Shown piece by piece: positions 47,551 through 59,526 of a stretch of 64,000 nt of DNA. The position numbers and the translations under genes are program-made. Origin of the DNA: Stegostoma tigrinum. Taxonomy: Eukaryota. A model generated the notes under the pieces. That model ran no database searches. It was not told the DNA's origin and saw only the letters and a list, made by a program, of their open reading frames with translations. Position 1 is the stretch's first letter; the number at the start of each line of letters is the position of its first letter. Location: contig NC_081386.1 in the NCBI RefSeq assembly GCF_030684315.1, positions 32,221,020 through 32,285,019 of the forward strand, read 5' to 3'.

Positions 47551-50479
47551 TAATGAATGGACAGTTGCAGATCAAAAGAGATTGCAACCTCAGTCCTCGA
47601 TGGGCTGTATGTGAGTTACAAAGCTCATCTCATTTACAAAGATAGTCTTATCAAGGTGAAGACAATTTGTCTGACAGTGGAACTCCTCCTTAAAAATGCG
47701 AAAGTAAATTGTCACAAGATTCCATCTTTGAATGAGACTGCATAGCCTGCCAAGCTGGCACACACCCTCTCCTCGTGAAAACTTAGTGTCTGACTTAACC
47801 AGCTTCGACAGGCTGTATGGGACCAAGATAAATTATTTGACAATGTAAAAAAAAATGCCCAGCTAGAAAACAAGCAACCTTGAGAAACATGGAAATAATA
47901 TTTTAGGGCTACTCCTAACATCTGTTACTGTTAGGAACAATGCAAACTCTTTTATAACCGTCCTACGTGTGCACATAGGTGCTAGAAAACATTCAGTTGT
48001 GAGTTCAGTTATTCACTTGGTGAACTAGTAGCTCGCTTGCCTTTGGGTCAGAAGGTTGCAGGTTCAACTCCAGCTCCATAATGTCAACACACTCCTTCTC
48101 AACAGCCAAAGTGTTATCTTGTCGACAGAGAAACCTTGCCTCGGAACACAGAACTCTATTCTGAATACAACGCAAACTGTTTGGTAGTGGAGGTGGGAAT
48201 GAAAGGATTTCCCCAAAGGTGGTATCTGTGAAACAGGGAATTATCTCCTGCCTTGGCTAGTATCCAACAAGTTGGTTGATCTGTTTCTAGTTCACCGTGT
48301 CTGCAGGATGTCGCTGATGTGTTTGCCCATAGACCCAGTGCTCTGTATACTTCTGAAGGAATTCATTGTGTGTGGAACAATCTGTTGCGGTGTTCTCTCG
48401 ATGCAAAATGTCTCTGGCAATTAAAGGGGTAAAATTCAAATTGTTACTATCTGCGATCCAAAGGATATCATGACTTTATTCAAAGTAGGATAGTTTCCCC
48501 ACAGTTTGAGTCAATATTTGCCACTCAACTAACATCAAACTCCAATGCTCCAGGGAAAGGAGTTCCAGCCTCTCCTTAATACTCAAACCTTCCAGTCTCA
48601 GTTAGCATCCTGGTAAATCTATTTAATGCCCTTTGCAGTTCAATAACAACCTTCCTTTTGATTTAGTTACCAACCCTTCTCTGCCACCGGAAACAGTGTG
48701 TCCTTAATTTGCTCAAACTAAACTCCTCATGATTTTGTACACATTTATTGGTCATTATCACATTGCTTTTGTTGGAGCCTGCTGTGTGCAAATTGGCTGC
48801 TGTATTTCCTACATTTTGAAGTCCTAATAATTAGTACTTCCTTGACAGTAAATCCCTTTAGGATGTCTGAAGTCATAAAAGGCGAAATATAAATGTAACT
48901 TCTACCTTATGGTTCTTTTAGTTCCAATAAATCTGATTGGTAAAAACTCAGTGAAAGAAAACTGTGAGTTTTAGTAACATTTTTTTGAATTTTGGGTTAT
49001 TGATTTACAGTACTAAAGTAATGGAATTTTTACTTTCTCCTCACTGTCACGCTGTCAGAGAAACTCAGTTAGCCCTACTCCCCTGCTTTATCCTCACTGA
49101 CTGGTTTCAGTGTAATTAGATCCCAAGAGTAACTGTGCAAAACCAATCCGGGAGAAAAGTTTGTAGTGTCAATAATTTTAAGTGAATAAGTTTTGAATGA
49201 GTTAAAATCAAATTCAATGATTCTGATCACCATGCCTGTTCTTTTCATATCCCATAGTATTCTCAATCCAGGAATATCCTTTAAGGACCATGGCATTCTA
49301 GCAAACTTGTCACACATCTGTCACATCTTCACTGTGACCTTCTGGTGTTAGAGTATGACAGAACAGATTGGGACACTTCCCTCTTGAAGAGAGAAGACTG
49401 AATGGCAAGCTCTCCATGGTCCCTAAGCTTATGAAAGACTTGGAGAGGTTAGAAAGAGTGAAACTGTTTCTTCACATGGGCAAGTCCAGAACGAGGGTAT
49501 TGTAAATACAAGACAGTGACTAACAAATCCAGAAACACTGACAGGGGAGTCATTGCTACTGGGGGCAAAAGAAATGTGGCATTAAGGCTATAATCAGATC
49601 ATCAATGGCCTTATCAAAAGGAGCAGTCTTAAGGGGCTGAATGATCTACTCCTGCTCCCACGAATTCAGGAAAGATGTATTCATCTGCAGAGTGGTTTGA
49701 ATGTGGGACTCACACGTATGCAAATGAGCACAGTGAAAAGTTTACAAAGGTACCAATTCTTCATTACAAGTTCTTAGTAAGAAAATATAGAAAAAAAATA
49801 AAGAAATAAAATTCCAGTATTACTCATCGTAGGAATAAATTAGAAAATAGAGAAATGAAGAGTTCAGAACAACAGTCTTCCAACTCACTATATCATTGAG
49901 CTGAGTTGTATTGATACCATTAAGGGGAGCTGGTCAAGAACCAATATGGGAGAAAGGAATTGAAGGAAAAAGGTGAACTAAAGTGGGAGAAGGTCAGCAC
50001 GGAGCTGCTTGGACCAGCTGGCACGAATGGTCTACATGTCTACTGTAAACACAGTAATTGTAATGGTCATAGACACCTGTTCCTGTGCAGTCAATTCTAC
50101 ATAATTCACCAGATGGCTTGAGTCCCTCAGTCCTTGTGTGGGCCTATTGCTGGTACAGTCCTCTCACTGTATGATCACATGATTCAGCACTATTCCTGAT
50201 GCCTCAGCTGACATGTACATTTTACATTAGAGCAGTCTCCAACCCTTCCAACATCCAACCAGCTCATGTACAATCCTCTACAGCAAATAACAATAGTTTA
50301 TTCAAACTCAAATCTCCAGGCCTTAACACAGTCCCAACTAATGATTACTAGTGATTATATTGTATTTGCTTAACCATTGGGAGCTGTTATGGGTAGGCAT
50401 GTGGTTCTTAAAGAGACATTGTTGTACTCTAAATTCTACTTACAATTAGATCTAAAAGAATTCTAAAGAATTCCTTGTT

Positions 50480-51000
50480 TAAATTCCACATCTTTTTGAT
50501 TACTTTTGTATGCTGATCTCTGCCTGTACTTTAAACTCCCCATCACCTCCCCCTCACTTATTGCCCCTTTGTTCACTCTTTGGCTTCCACAAGGCAACAG
50601 CTCAGTTTTAACATTCTCACCATTGTTTCCATTTCACCCCCATTCTCCATATCCCCTGTTACTTCTGTAACATCCTCCAGCCTTACATCTCTCCAAAATC
50701 TTTGAGCTGCTCCAACTCTGGCCTCTTGTGCTTTTCCAATTTTCCTCATGCCATCTTTGGCATCCCTACTCTTTTGGTTCTAATCTCTGAAATTCCATCC
50801 CAAAACCTCTCTCTCTCTCTCTCTCTGTTTCCTCCTCCGTCGAAACAACATTAAAATTTACCCCTCTGCCCAAGCTTTCGAATTGATCACTGGCCCAGTA
50901 GCACTTCATGTGGCTTGGTGATGAATTTTGTTTCATATCTATTCCACGAAAAGCCTTGATGCTATATTAAAGGTGATTTATGAATACAAGTTGCTGTTGT
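50480..51000 (+). mobile_element. Old L2-like LINE 3' remnant (similar remnants at ~23330-23600, ~39400-39680, ~42440-42800 and ~61645-61850)
   Basis: Pyrimidine-rich ctgtaacatcctccagcc...gctccaactctggcctcttgtgc body with a gctatattaaagg...atacaagttgctgttgttg tail. Recognised by eye only. Confidence 0.5.
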
Positions 51001-51944
51001 TGATAAGGTCACACAGGAAGTGACATGAAGTCCAGTCTGTGTTCTTTCAGTTGAGAAACCAGTATTCAAGAAAACATTTTAAACACAGAAAAACCTCTAA
51101 GGTTGAATATAATATGAAGGCAGAAACAGGAGGGCATTTAGTCCCTTGGACCTGAACTGCTGTTCAATTGGATTACAGCTGATTTGTAATTCAAGAGCAA
51201 TGAATGTTGTCACAGACAGCGACACCCACATTCCATGAATGAATACAGAAACACAATTCTATTTTTCCAGCTTTGCTCTTAATCATTTGAGAACTTCACC
51301 CAACAAAAAAATCGATTAAACTCCGGCCTGAAAACTGATGCCACAATCAGCAGCCCCTTCCAGGTTAGGGAATGGGAGAGAAGTCCAGATTTTCAATTGT
51401 TTCTTTTGTACGAAGTGTCTGGCTGTAATTTTAACATTACCTGCCTGCCCTTTGTTACAGACTCCTCCTCCCACAAAGGGAAAACATAGTTTCTCCCCAT
51501 CTACTGTATCAGAAATTTTAATCATCATACTCTCCCTGGTCCCCCACCAAACCCCAACCAACCCTCCCCTTTGCCTGGTTTTAGATCACCCTTTAATTGT
51601 CTGCCCTCGAGGCAGTACAAGTCCAGTTGATGCAACTTTGTTCTTTAACACCTTTTGCCCTGGTATCAGTCTGGGGAATCTGTGCAACCCCTCTGAGCCA
51701 CTACATGTAGCCATTCAGAATGAACACCAGGACATTGTGCCGATGATTGATTTGAAAATAGTAAACAAGTGTTAGCTGGCTTTGATCAGGCTGGCCCACT
51801 GTATTCCTGGGAAAAATGCCAAGGGAATGAGTATGCGACTGAACAGATCTCATTCCAGGCTTATCCAAGTTTTGCCTGAAATCCCAGTGAGTCCTCATTT
51901 AATAAACTACCTTTGTGTCACCTTCCAGCCTATCCCACACAACC

Positions 51945-52460
51945 ATAATACAGAACAACAGATTTAGACCATTCGGTCCATCGAGTCTGCTCCACCATTC
52001 AATGAAATCATGGCTGATCTGCTAATCCTGAACCCCACTTTCCTGCCTTTTCCTTAGAATCCTTGAATCTGTCACTAATGAAATATCTCAGCCTTAATTA
52101 TACTTAGCAATTCAGCCTTTGGAACCTTTGGTGTAAAGAAATCCATAAATTCATCTGAAAGAGAGAAATATTCTCCTGGTCTTTGTTTTAGATGAGCAAC
52201 TGTTTATTCTGAGATTACGCCTGGTCCTAGAGCCTCCCACAAAGGGAAACAACCTCCCTGTACATACCCTGTCAAAGCTGCTAAGAATCTTGTGTGTTTC
52301 AATAAGGTCACCTCTCATTCTTCTAAACTCCAATGGGAATGGACCCAATCTCTTCAACCACTCCTCCTAAGACAGTCCCTCGATACTGGACTATACCCAG
52401 GCAACCTTCTCTGGACTGCTTTCAAGACCAGTTCATCATTCCTTCGGGAAGGCCTCCAGA
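51945..52460 (-). mobile_element. Older CR1 LINE 3' fragment
   Basis: ORF 52151..52357 LGPFPLEFRRMRGDLIETHKIL. Confidence 0.75.
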
Positions 52461-53254
52461 ACTTTTGCTTTCACACGATGCTGGAAATCTGAAATGGAAA
52501 CAGAAAATGCTACAGCTGCTCATACCGGGTCTGGGAAGAGAGGAAAACAGAGTCTTTTCCAGGTCAATGACTATTCATCCGAGTTTTATTATGTTTGGTT
52601 GGAAGCCACATAAAAATTCCACAATGGCCAAGATTGTTCAGAAAGTGTGACACGGTCAAATTCAGGTGTCCTCCCATATGCCAAAGTAATTTCTAATTAT
52701 ACCAAAAATGAATTTCCATTCAAGAAAAACCTCTTCAGTTTTGATTCTCCTTTCTCCTTGCGAAGGACCAAGTCAGTATGAAATGCAGAAAGGTCTCAAA
52801 CTTACTCAGGTTCAAGTGGAAATGTAACCAGCACCTTCAGGCCTCCAGTAGGTTCCATTCTCCATTGTCGTCTTCCTCAAAGCTACAACCACCCCTCCTA
52901 CCCTGCCCACCCCTGCTAGATGTGGCAATGTGAGAGAACCCACTGCCAACTTTAGTTGGGAGTTGTAAGCTTTACAAAGCACAGAAACCCAGAGTTTGAA
53001 CACAGCACTCAAAGACCATTGACAAAGATCTGAAGATAATCAGATGTAATGTGACAGCATGCTTTCAGATAATATCTCCATTAATGCCTGAGCGGGATTG
53101 TTGTGAGTGGATTGTGGTCACCCTCAGACACCCTGCTTACGTTGCCTCATGTTTCGCACTCTCATTATTGGTAGCATCTGCACAAAAAAATATGCTATTC
53201 ACAAACTGTATTTTGATCTTGTGAACCATGTTGGGCCAAACTTTATTAATCACC

Positions 53255-54660
53255 ACTTGAGTGAAAAATCAAGGCTGATGCTCCACTGAGGGAGTGCCAC
53301 ACTGTCGGAGGGTCAGTGCTGAGGGAGTGCCGCACTATCGGAGGGTCAGTGCTGAGGGAGCGCCGCACTGTCAGAGGGTCAGTGCTGAGGGAGCTCCGCA
53401 CTATCGGAGGGTCAGTGCTGAGGGAGCGCCGCACTGTCGGAGGGTCAGTGCTGAGGGAGCGCCGCACTGTCGGAGGGTCAGTGCTGAGGGAGTGCCGCAC
53501 TGTCGGAGGGTCAGTACTGAGGGAGCGTCGCACTGTCGGAGGGTCAGTACTGAGGGAGCGCCGCACTGTCAGAGGTTCAGTCCTGAGGGAGTGGGCACTG
53601 TCGGAGGGTCAGTGCTGAGGGAGTGCCGCACTGTCAGAGGGTCAGTGCTGAGGGAGTGTCGCACTGTCAGAGGGTCAGTACGGAGGGATTGCCGCACTGT
53701 CAGAGGGTCAGTACGGAGGGATTGCCGCACTGTCAGAGGGTCAGTGCTGAGGGAATGCCGTACTGTCGGAGGGTCAGTGCTGAGGGAATGCCGTACTGTC
53801 GGAGGGTCAGTACTGAGGGAATGCCGTACTGTTGGAGGGTCAGTACTGAGGGAGCGCCGTACTGTCGGAGGGTCAGTGCTGAGGGAGTGCCGCGCTGTCG
53901 GAGGGTCAGTGCTGAGGGAATGCCGTACTGTCGGAGGGTCAGTACTAAGGGAATGCCGTACTGTTGGAGGGTCAGTGCTGAGGGAGTGCCGCACTATCGG
54001 AGGGTCAGTGCTGAGGGATTGCCGCACTGTCAGAGGGTCAGTGCTGAGGGATTGCCGCACTGTCAGAGGGTCAGTGCTGAGGGAATGCCGTACTGTCGGA
54101 GGGTCAGTGCTGAGGGAATGCCGTACTGTCGGAGGGTCAGTACTGAGGGAATGCCGTACTGTTGGAGGGTCAGTACTGACGGAGCACCGTACTGTCGGAG
54201 GGTCAGTACTAAGGGAATGCCGTACTGTTGGAGGGTCAGTGCTGAGGGATCGCCGCACTGTCGGAGGGTCAGTGCTGAGGGAATGCTGCACTGTCGGAGG
54301 GTCAGTGCTGAGGGAATGCCGTACTGTCGGAGGGTGAGTGCTGAGGGAGGACTGCACTATCAGATGCTGTATTTCAGATAAAACATTAAACCAAAGCCTT
54401 CTCAGGAATATAAAATATCCTGACTCAAAGAAAAGGAATGGAGTTCTCCCTAGAGTCCTGTCCAATATTTATTCTTCAATTAATAACATTGAAAAAAAGA
54501 TAATGACCTGATCATTATCACATTATTGTTTGTGGGAGTTTGCTGTTTGTCTGTAGTGACTGTTATATTAAAACAAACAACGTTTTCATTGTTTTTGCAG
54601 CACTTTGGGACATCCTGGGTTGATTAAAACATGCCAGTTAAATGTAATTTTTTCTTTCAT
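53255..54660 (+). mobile_element. DeuSINE/SacSINE1-like element hosting a minisatellite (other copies at ~41535-42340, ~43325-43530 + ~45715-45915, ~48020-48440, ~48745-48905, ~62985-63262 -)
   Basis: Head ttgag..aaaatcaaggctga..ctcc, Deu-like domain tgtttgtgggagtttgctgt, and tail gcactttgggacatcctg. Confidence 0.65.
53288..54360. repeat. 33-bp minisatellite, ~32 copies (gggtcagtgctgagggagtgccgcactgtcgga)
   Basis: Visible directly in the sequence. Translations show an 11-aa periodicity in several frames. Confidence 0.97.
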
Positions 54661-54689
54661 TGCAATTGCCAAATGTACTATCGCTGGGG

Positions 54690-54900
54690 TACCTAAGAGA
54701 TGGGGGTTAGTTAGTTCAGCAGGCTGGACTGCTGGTTGATGCCAACAGCATGGGTTCAATTGCCACACCGGCTGAAGTTACCATGGGTGTCTCCTTCTCA
54801 ACCTTTCCCCTCACCTGAGGTGCTGTGACCCTCGGGTTAAACCACCAGCAGTCTTCTCCATCTAATGAGACAGTAGGACTCTCGTGACCTTACCTTTACA
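54690..54900 (+). mobile_element. tRNA-derived SINE (additional family)
   Basis: A/B-box-like head ttagttcagcaggctgga...gggttcaattgcc followed by a ctccttctcaacct...gttaaaccacca body. Confidence 0.5.
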
Positions 54901-55755
54901 TAAGAGATGATCCCAAGTGAGTTTCTTGACCTTAGACAGAATCAATAGCCCTGTTGAAAAAAAAATAAAACTGAACTAGAAAAGCAGCCTTTGAAGGCAG
55001 CAGCAATAAAGGAACAAAGGCTTTGTCTAAAGCCTAATTTTCTATGCCTGGGCTAAATGGCTTGTGTAAATCAGAGTCATTTTGCTCCTGTCTACTTCAT
55101 ACATTTGCTTTCGCTCGCTGTAGTGAGATGAAATGGTGGGATGAAAAGAACCCTTTTCCAGAATGAATATAATTAAGAAACAAAGGGTGCATAATTTGAA
55201 ACTTATAAGGCAGCTTTCATGTTTGGGGTTAGCAGCTCAAAAGGAAAGCATTCCAACAACTAATGAAGTCTAGTGTTTGACAGAAGGGGTTGGATGCCTT
55301 CCAAAGCCTCAGAATAGCCGTTTCTTGGCTGGAATCAATGCGGGCAGAATGAATGAATGTAGAAACCATGACTATTCACCCTCCCCAGTGTCACCAACAA
55401 TCACTGGGTGCTGGCAACAAACTGATCAGTCACATCAGATTTCTTTTCTCTCTCGTGTGTGAGAGATGAAGCCAATTAGTGGCACAACAATCTGCCTGAG
55501 CTGTATTAATGGTTCACCCTAGTACCCTGCCGCTAACCTATCTGTGGCATTCCAACTCTGGGCCACTGATTACCAGAACAAGCAGGGTGACCACACCGGG
55601 GGTGGGGGGTGAGGGGGAAGGGGGGTGGAATTCGTGGGGAGTTGAGGGTTTGGCAAATCTGCAGGGGTGGACTGGACCCTCAGGATGTTCATTCCATGTG
55701 AGCAAAACAGGAGGGAAATCATCAAACGGTTGAGAAGAACATTGTGTTTTCTCAG

Positions 55756-57713
55756 AGATAATGGGAACTGCAGATGCTGGAGAATCCAAGACAATAAAAT
55801 GTGAGGCTGGATGAACACAGCAGGCCCAGCAGCATCTCAGGAGCACAAAAGCTGATGTTTCGGGCCTAGACCCTTCATCAGAGAGGGGGTGGGGCGAGGG
55901 TTCTGGAATAAATAGGGAGAGAGGGGGAGGTGGACCGAAGATGGAGAGAAAAGAAGATAGGTGGAGAGTGTATAGGTGGGGAGGTAGGGAGGGGATAGGT
56001 CAGTCCAGGGAAGACGGACAGGTCAAGGAGGTGGGATGAGGTTAGTAGGTAGATGGGGGTGCGGCTTGGGGTGGGAGGAAGGGATGGGTGAGAGGAAGAA
56101 CCGGCAAGGGAGGCAGAGACAGGTTGGACTGGTTTTGGGATGCAGTGGGTGGGGGGGAAGAGCTGGGCTGGTTGTGTGGTGCAGTGGGGGGAGGGGACGA
56201 ACTGGGCTGGTTTAGGGATGCAGTAGGGGAAGGGGAGATTTTGAAACTGGTGAAGTCCACATTGATACCATTAGGCTGCAGGGTTCCCAGGCAGAATATG
56301 AGTTGCTGTTCCTGCAACCTTCGGGTGGCATCATTGTGGCACTGCAGGAGGCCCATGATGGACATGTCATTCTAAAGAATGGGAGGGGGAGTGGAAATGG
56401 TTTGCGACAGGGAGGTGCAGTTGTTTGTTGCGAACTGAGCGGAGGTGTTCTGCAAAGCGGTCTCCAAGCCTCCGCATGGTTTCCCCAATGTAGAGGAAGC
56501 CACACCGGGTACAGTGGATGCAGTATACCACATTGGCAGATGTGCAGGTGAACCTCTGCTTAATGTGGAATGTCATCTTGGGGCCTGGGATAGGGGTGAG
56601 GGAGGAGGTGTGGGGGCAAGTGTAGCATTGCCTGCGGTTGCAGGGGAAGGTGCCGGGTGTGGTGGGGTTGGAGGGCAGTGTGGAGCGAACAAGGGAGTCA
56701 CGGAGAGAGTGGTCTCTCCGGAAAGCAGACAGGGGTGGGGATGGAAAAATGTCTTTTTCCATCCCCACCCCTGTCTGCTTTCCGGAGAGACCACTCTCTC
56801 CGTGACTCCCTTGTTCGCTCCACACTGCCCTCCAACCCCACCACACCCGGCACCTTCCCCTGCAACCGCAGGAAATGCTACACTTGCTCCCACACCTCCT
56901 CCCTCACCCCTATCCCAGGCCCCAAGGTGACATTCCACATTAAGCAGAGGTTCACCTGCACATCTGCCAATGTGGTATACTGCATCCACTGTACCCGGTG
57001 TGGCTTCCTCTACATTGGGGAAACCATGCGGAGGCTTGGAGACCGCTTTGCCGAACACCTCCGCTCAGTTCGCAACAAACAACTGCACCGCCCTGTCGCA
57101 AACCATTTCCACTCCCCCTCCCATTCTTTAGATGACATGTCCATCATGGGCCTCCTGCAGTGCCACAATGATGCCACCCGAAGGTTGCAGGAACAGCAAC
57201 TCATATTCTGCCTGGGAACCCTGCAGCCTAATGGTATCAATGTGGACTTCACCAGTTTCAAAATCTCCCCTTCCCCAACTGCATCCCTAAACCAGCCCAG
57301 TTTGTCCCCTCCCCCCACTGCACCACACAACCAGCCCAGCTCTTCCCACCCCCCACCCACTGCATCCCAAAATCAGTCCAACCTGTCTCTGCCTCCCTAA
57401 CCGGTTCTTCCTCTCACCCATCCCTTCCTCCTACCCCAAGCCGCACCCCCATCTACCTACTAACCTCATCCCACCTCCTTGACCTGTCCGTCTTCCCTGG
57501 ACTGACCTATCCCCTCCCTACCTCCCCACCTATACTCTCTCCACCTATCTTCTTTACTCTCCATCTTCGGTCCACCTCCCCCTGTCTCCCTATTTATTCC
57601 AGTTCCCTCTCCCCATCCCCCTCTCTGATGAAGGGTTTAGGCCCGAAACGTCAGCTTTTGTGCTCCTGAGATGCTGCTTGGCCTGCTGTGTTCATCCAGC
57701 CTCACATTTTATC
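55756..57713. mobile_element. Penelope-like element inserted as a fold-back palindrome (two ~960-bp inverted arms, each with GIY-YIG + terminal repeat)
   Basis: Mirror ORFs 56367..56846(-) and 56657..57400(+). The centre is ggaaaaa-tgtc-tttttcc at 56743-56760. TSD gtgttttctcag at 55744-55755 and 57714-57725. Confidence 0.92.
57625..57652 (+). ncRNA. Minimal type I hammerhead ribozyme core (PLE-associated)
   Basis: CTGATGA-A-GGGT[TTAG]GCCC-GAAA-CG-TC. It has the CUGANGA and GAAA boxes, helix II, a palindromic ACGU in place of helix III, and a GUC triplet. Confidence 0.7.
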
Positions 57714-58056
57714 GTGTTTTCTCAGTTTTGTTTCTTCAGCTGACCAAACACAATACTTGGTACTGGAGGAAAATAAGTTTTTAACTGTGTTGGAGCTGTT
57801 AGTCATAGAGTCATGGAGGTCTACGGCACAAAAAGAGGCCCTTTGGCCCATCGAGTGTCACCGTTCTAACTCTATTTTCCAGTAATTGGCCCATCAAGAG
57901 TACACATCCAAATACTCCCTCAAGGTGATGAGGGTTTCAGCCTCTCCCTAACTAATGGGCAGTGAGTTCCAGATTCCCACCACCCTCTGGGTGAAATAAA
58001 GGTTCTTCCTCACATCCCCCTGCCTCTTGGGTTAAATCTTCCCCCAATCATTGATC

Positions 58057-58322
58057 ATAGAGTCACTATGGCGTAGAAGCAAGCCATTTGGCCCATCCTG
58101 GCTCTCTGAAGCACATATCAGCCACACCAATACCCCCACCCTCTGTCTGTAACCCTGTATTTCCTATGGATAACCCACCTAGCCTGCACATCTTTGGATG
58201 ATGGGGGGAAGCCTCCACAGAAGCAAGGAGAACATACAATCTCTGCATGGATAGTCAGCTGAGGGTGGAATTGAACCCAGGTCCCTGACCCTGTGAGGCA
58301 GTAGTGCTCGCCACTGGGCCAC
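58057..58322 (-). mobile_element. HE1-type V-SINE nested in a CR1 remnant
   Basis: Reverse complement of the same family. Confidence 0.75.
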
Positions 58323-59019
58323 TTTGATCCATTTCTTCCTGTCTAACCCTGTCTGTGCCCTTCATGAACTCAATCACATTTCCTCTGCTCCAAAGTTAAC
58401 AACCGCAGTCTATCCAATCCCTCTTCATAAAGAAACAGATGAGCGCAGGAGGTTGTGTGATGGAAGCTACAGATAAATATCTAAGAGTTGTCAAACTCTG
58501 AATGGTTGTTACCCATTGAGCTGAACCCCTCACAGTCTAATGGGTTAAATTGTGAGGGCTGGTTATGTAGGTATTTTCTAATTGTCCTGCTCAGATATAT
58601 TATTACACAGCTCTGGAACAGGTAGGTCCTGAATGTTGGCCTCCTGCTTCAGAGGTAGGGACACTTCCACTTTGCTACAAGAATGCCTGAAAGGCAGGCT
58701 GTGTGAAGTTGATTTGTACTTGTCCCTAGGCACTGAACTCAGATGTTCCCTCCACAAGTATCTCCAACTCACACAAACATCGCTCCTCTGTGATGCTGCT
58801 TCAGCTCCTTCTCACACCTCTACTCCCGCTTGGTATCAGCGTCAGACTTTCACTGAATACAGCCCAAGGAATCACCTTCGGATGCTCGATCACATAAAAA
58901 TCTGCTCTAAAAATTCCTACTGCTGCTGTAAGGTCTGTCTGGATGAATGAACTGAGATGAGTTGAATAGAGACAGTGAGAACTGCCGATGCTGGATGAAC
59001 TGAGATGAGTTGAATAGAG

Positions 59020-59526
59020 ACAGTGAGAACTGCCGATGCTGGATTCAGAGATAATGCAGTGTGGAGCTGGAGGAACATAACAGGACAGGCAGCATCAGAG
59101 GAGCAGGAAAGCTGATGTTTTGGGTTGGGACCCTTCTTCACAAATGGGGGAGGGGGAAGGGAGGTCAGAAATAACAGACAGAGAAGGGGTGGGGCTGGGG
59201 AAGGTAGGTGGGATGGTGAAAGGTGAGTGCAGGTCGGGAGGGCTGACAGCCCAGTGGCCTAAATGTGGGATTCAGCTGTTTTAAAATCTCCCCACCCCTG
59301 TCCTCACCATGACAAACCCTCCCTCTCATCCCCACCTCCTTGACCTGTCCGCCTTCTCTCCCACCTATCCGCTCTCCCACCTCTGACTAATCCCCACCAC
59401 TGCCTTCCTGCACTCACCTATCACCATCCCATCTACCCGCCCTCACCCCACGCCTCCTCCCTCTGTTTATTTCCCAGCTCCTTCCCCCTCTCAATTTCTG
59501 ATGAAGGGTCCTGACCCCGCTCCTCC
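59020..59526. mobile_element. Penelope-like short inverted (tail-out) insertion
   Basis: A minus-strand terminal repeat at ~59020-59235 and a plus-strand 3' segment at ~59280-59526. Flanked by gatgag(t/c)tgaatagag at 59004-59019 and 59527-59542. Confidence 0.7.

Noticed and set aside
53288-54360. CRISPR-like array or repeat-protein gene (ORFs of 347, 298 and 252 aa)
   Set aside because: The units are contiguous with no unique spacers and the context is vertebrate. The ORFs arise from a stop-poor 33-bp period in several frames.
56367-57058. Two paralogous 161-aa genes on opposite strands
   Set aside because: They are mirror translations of the palindrome.
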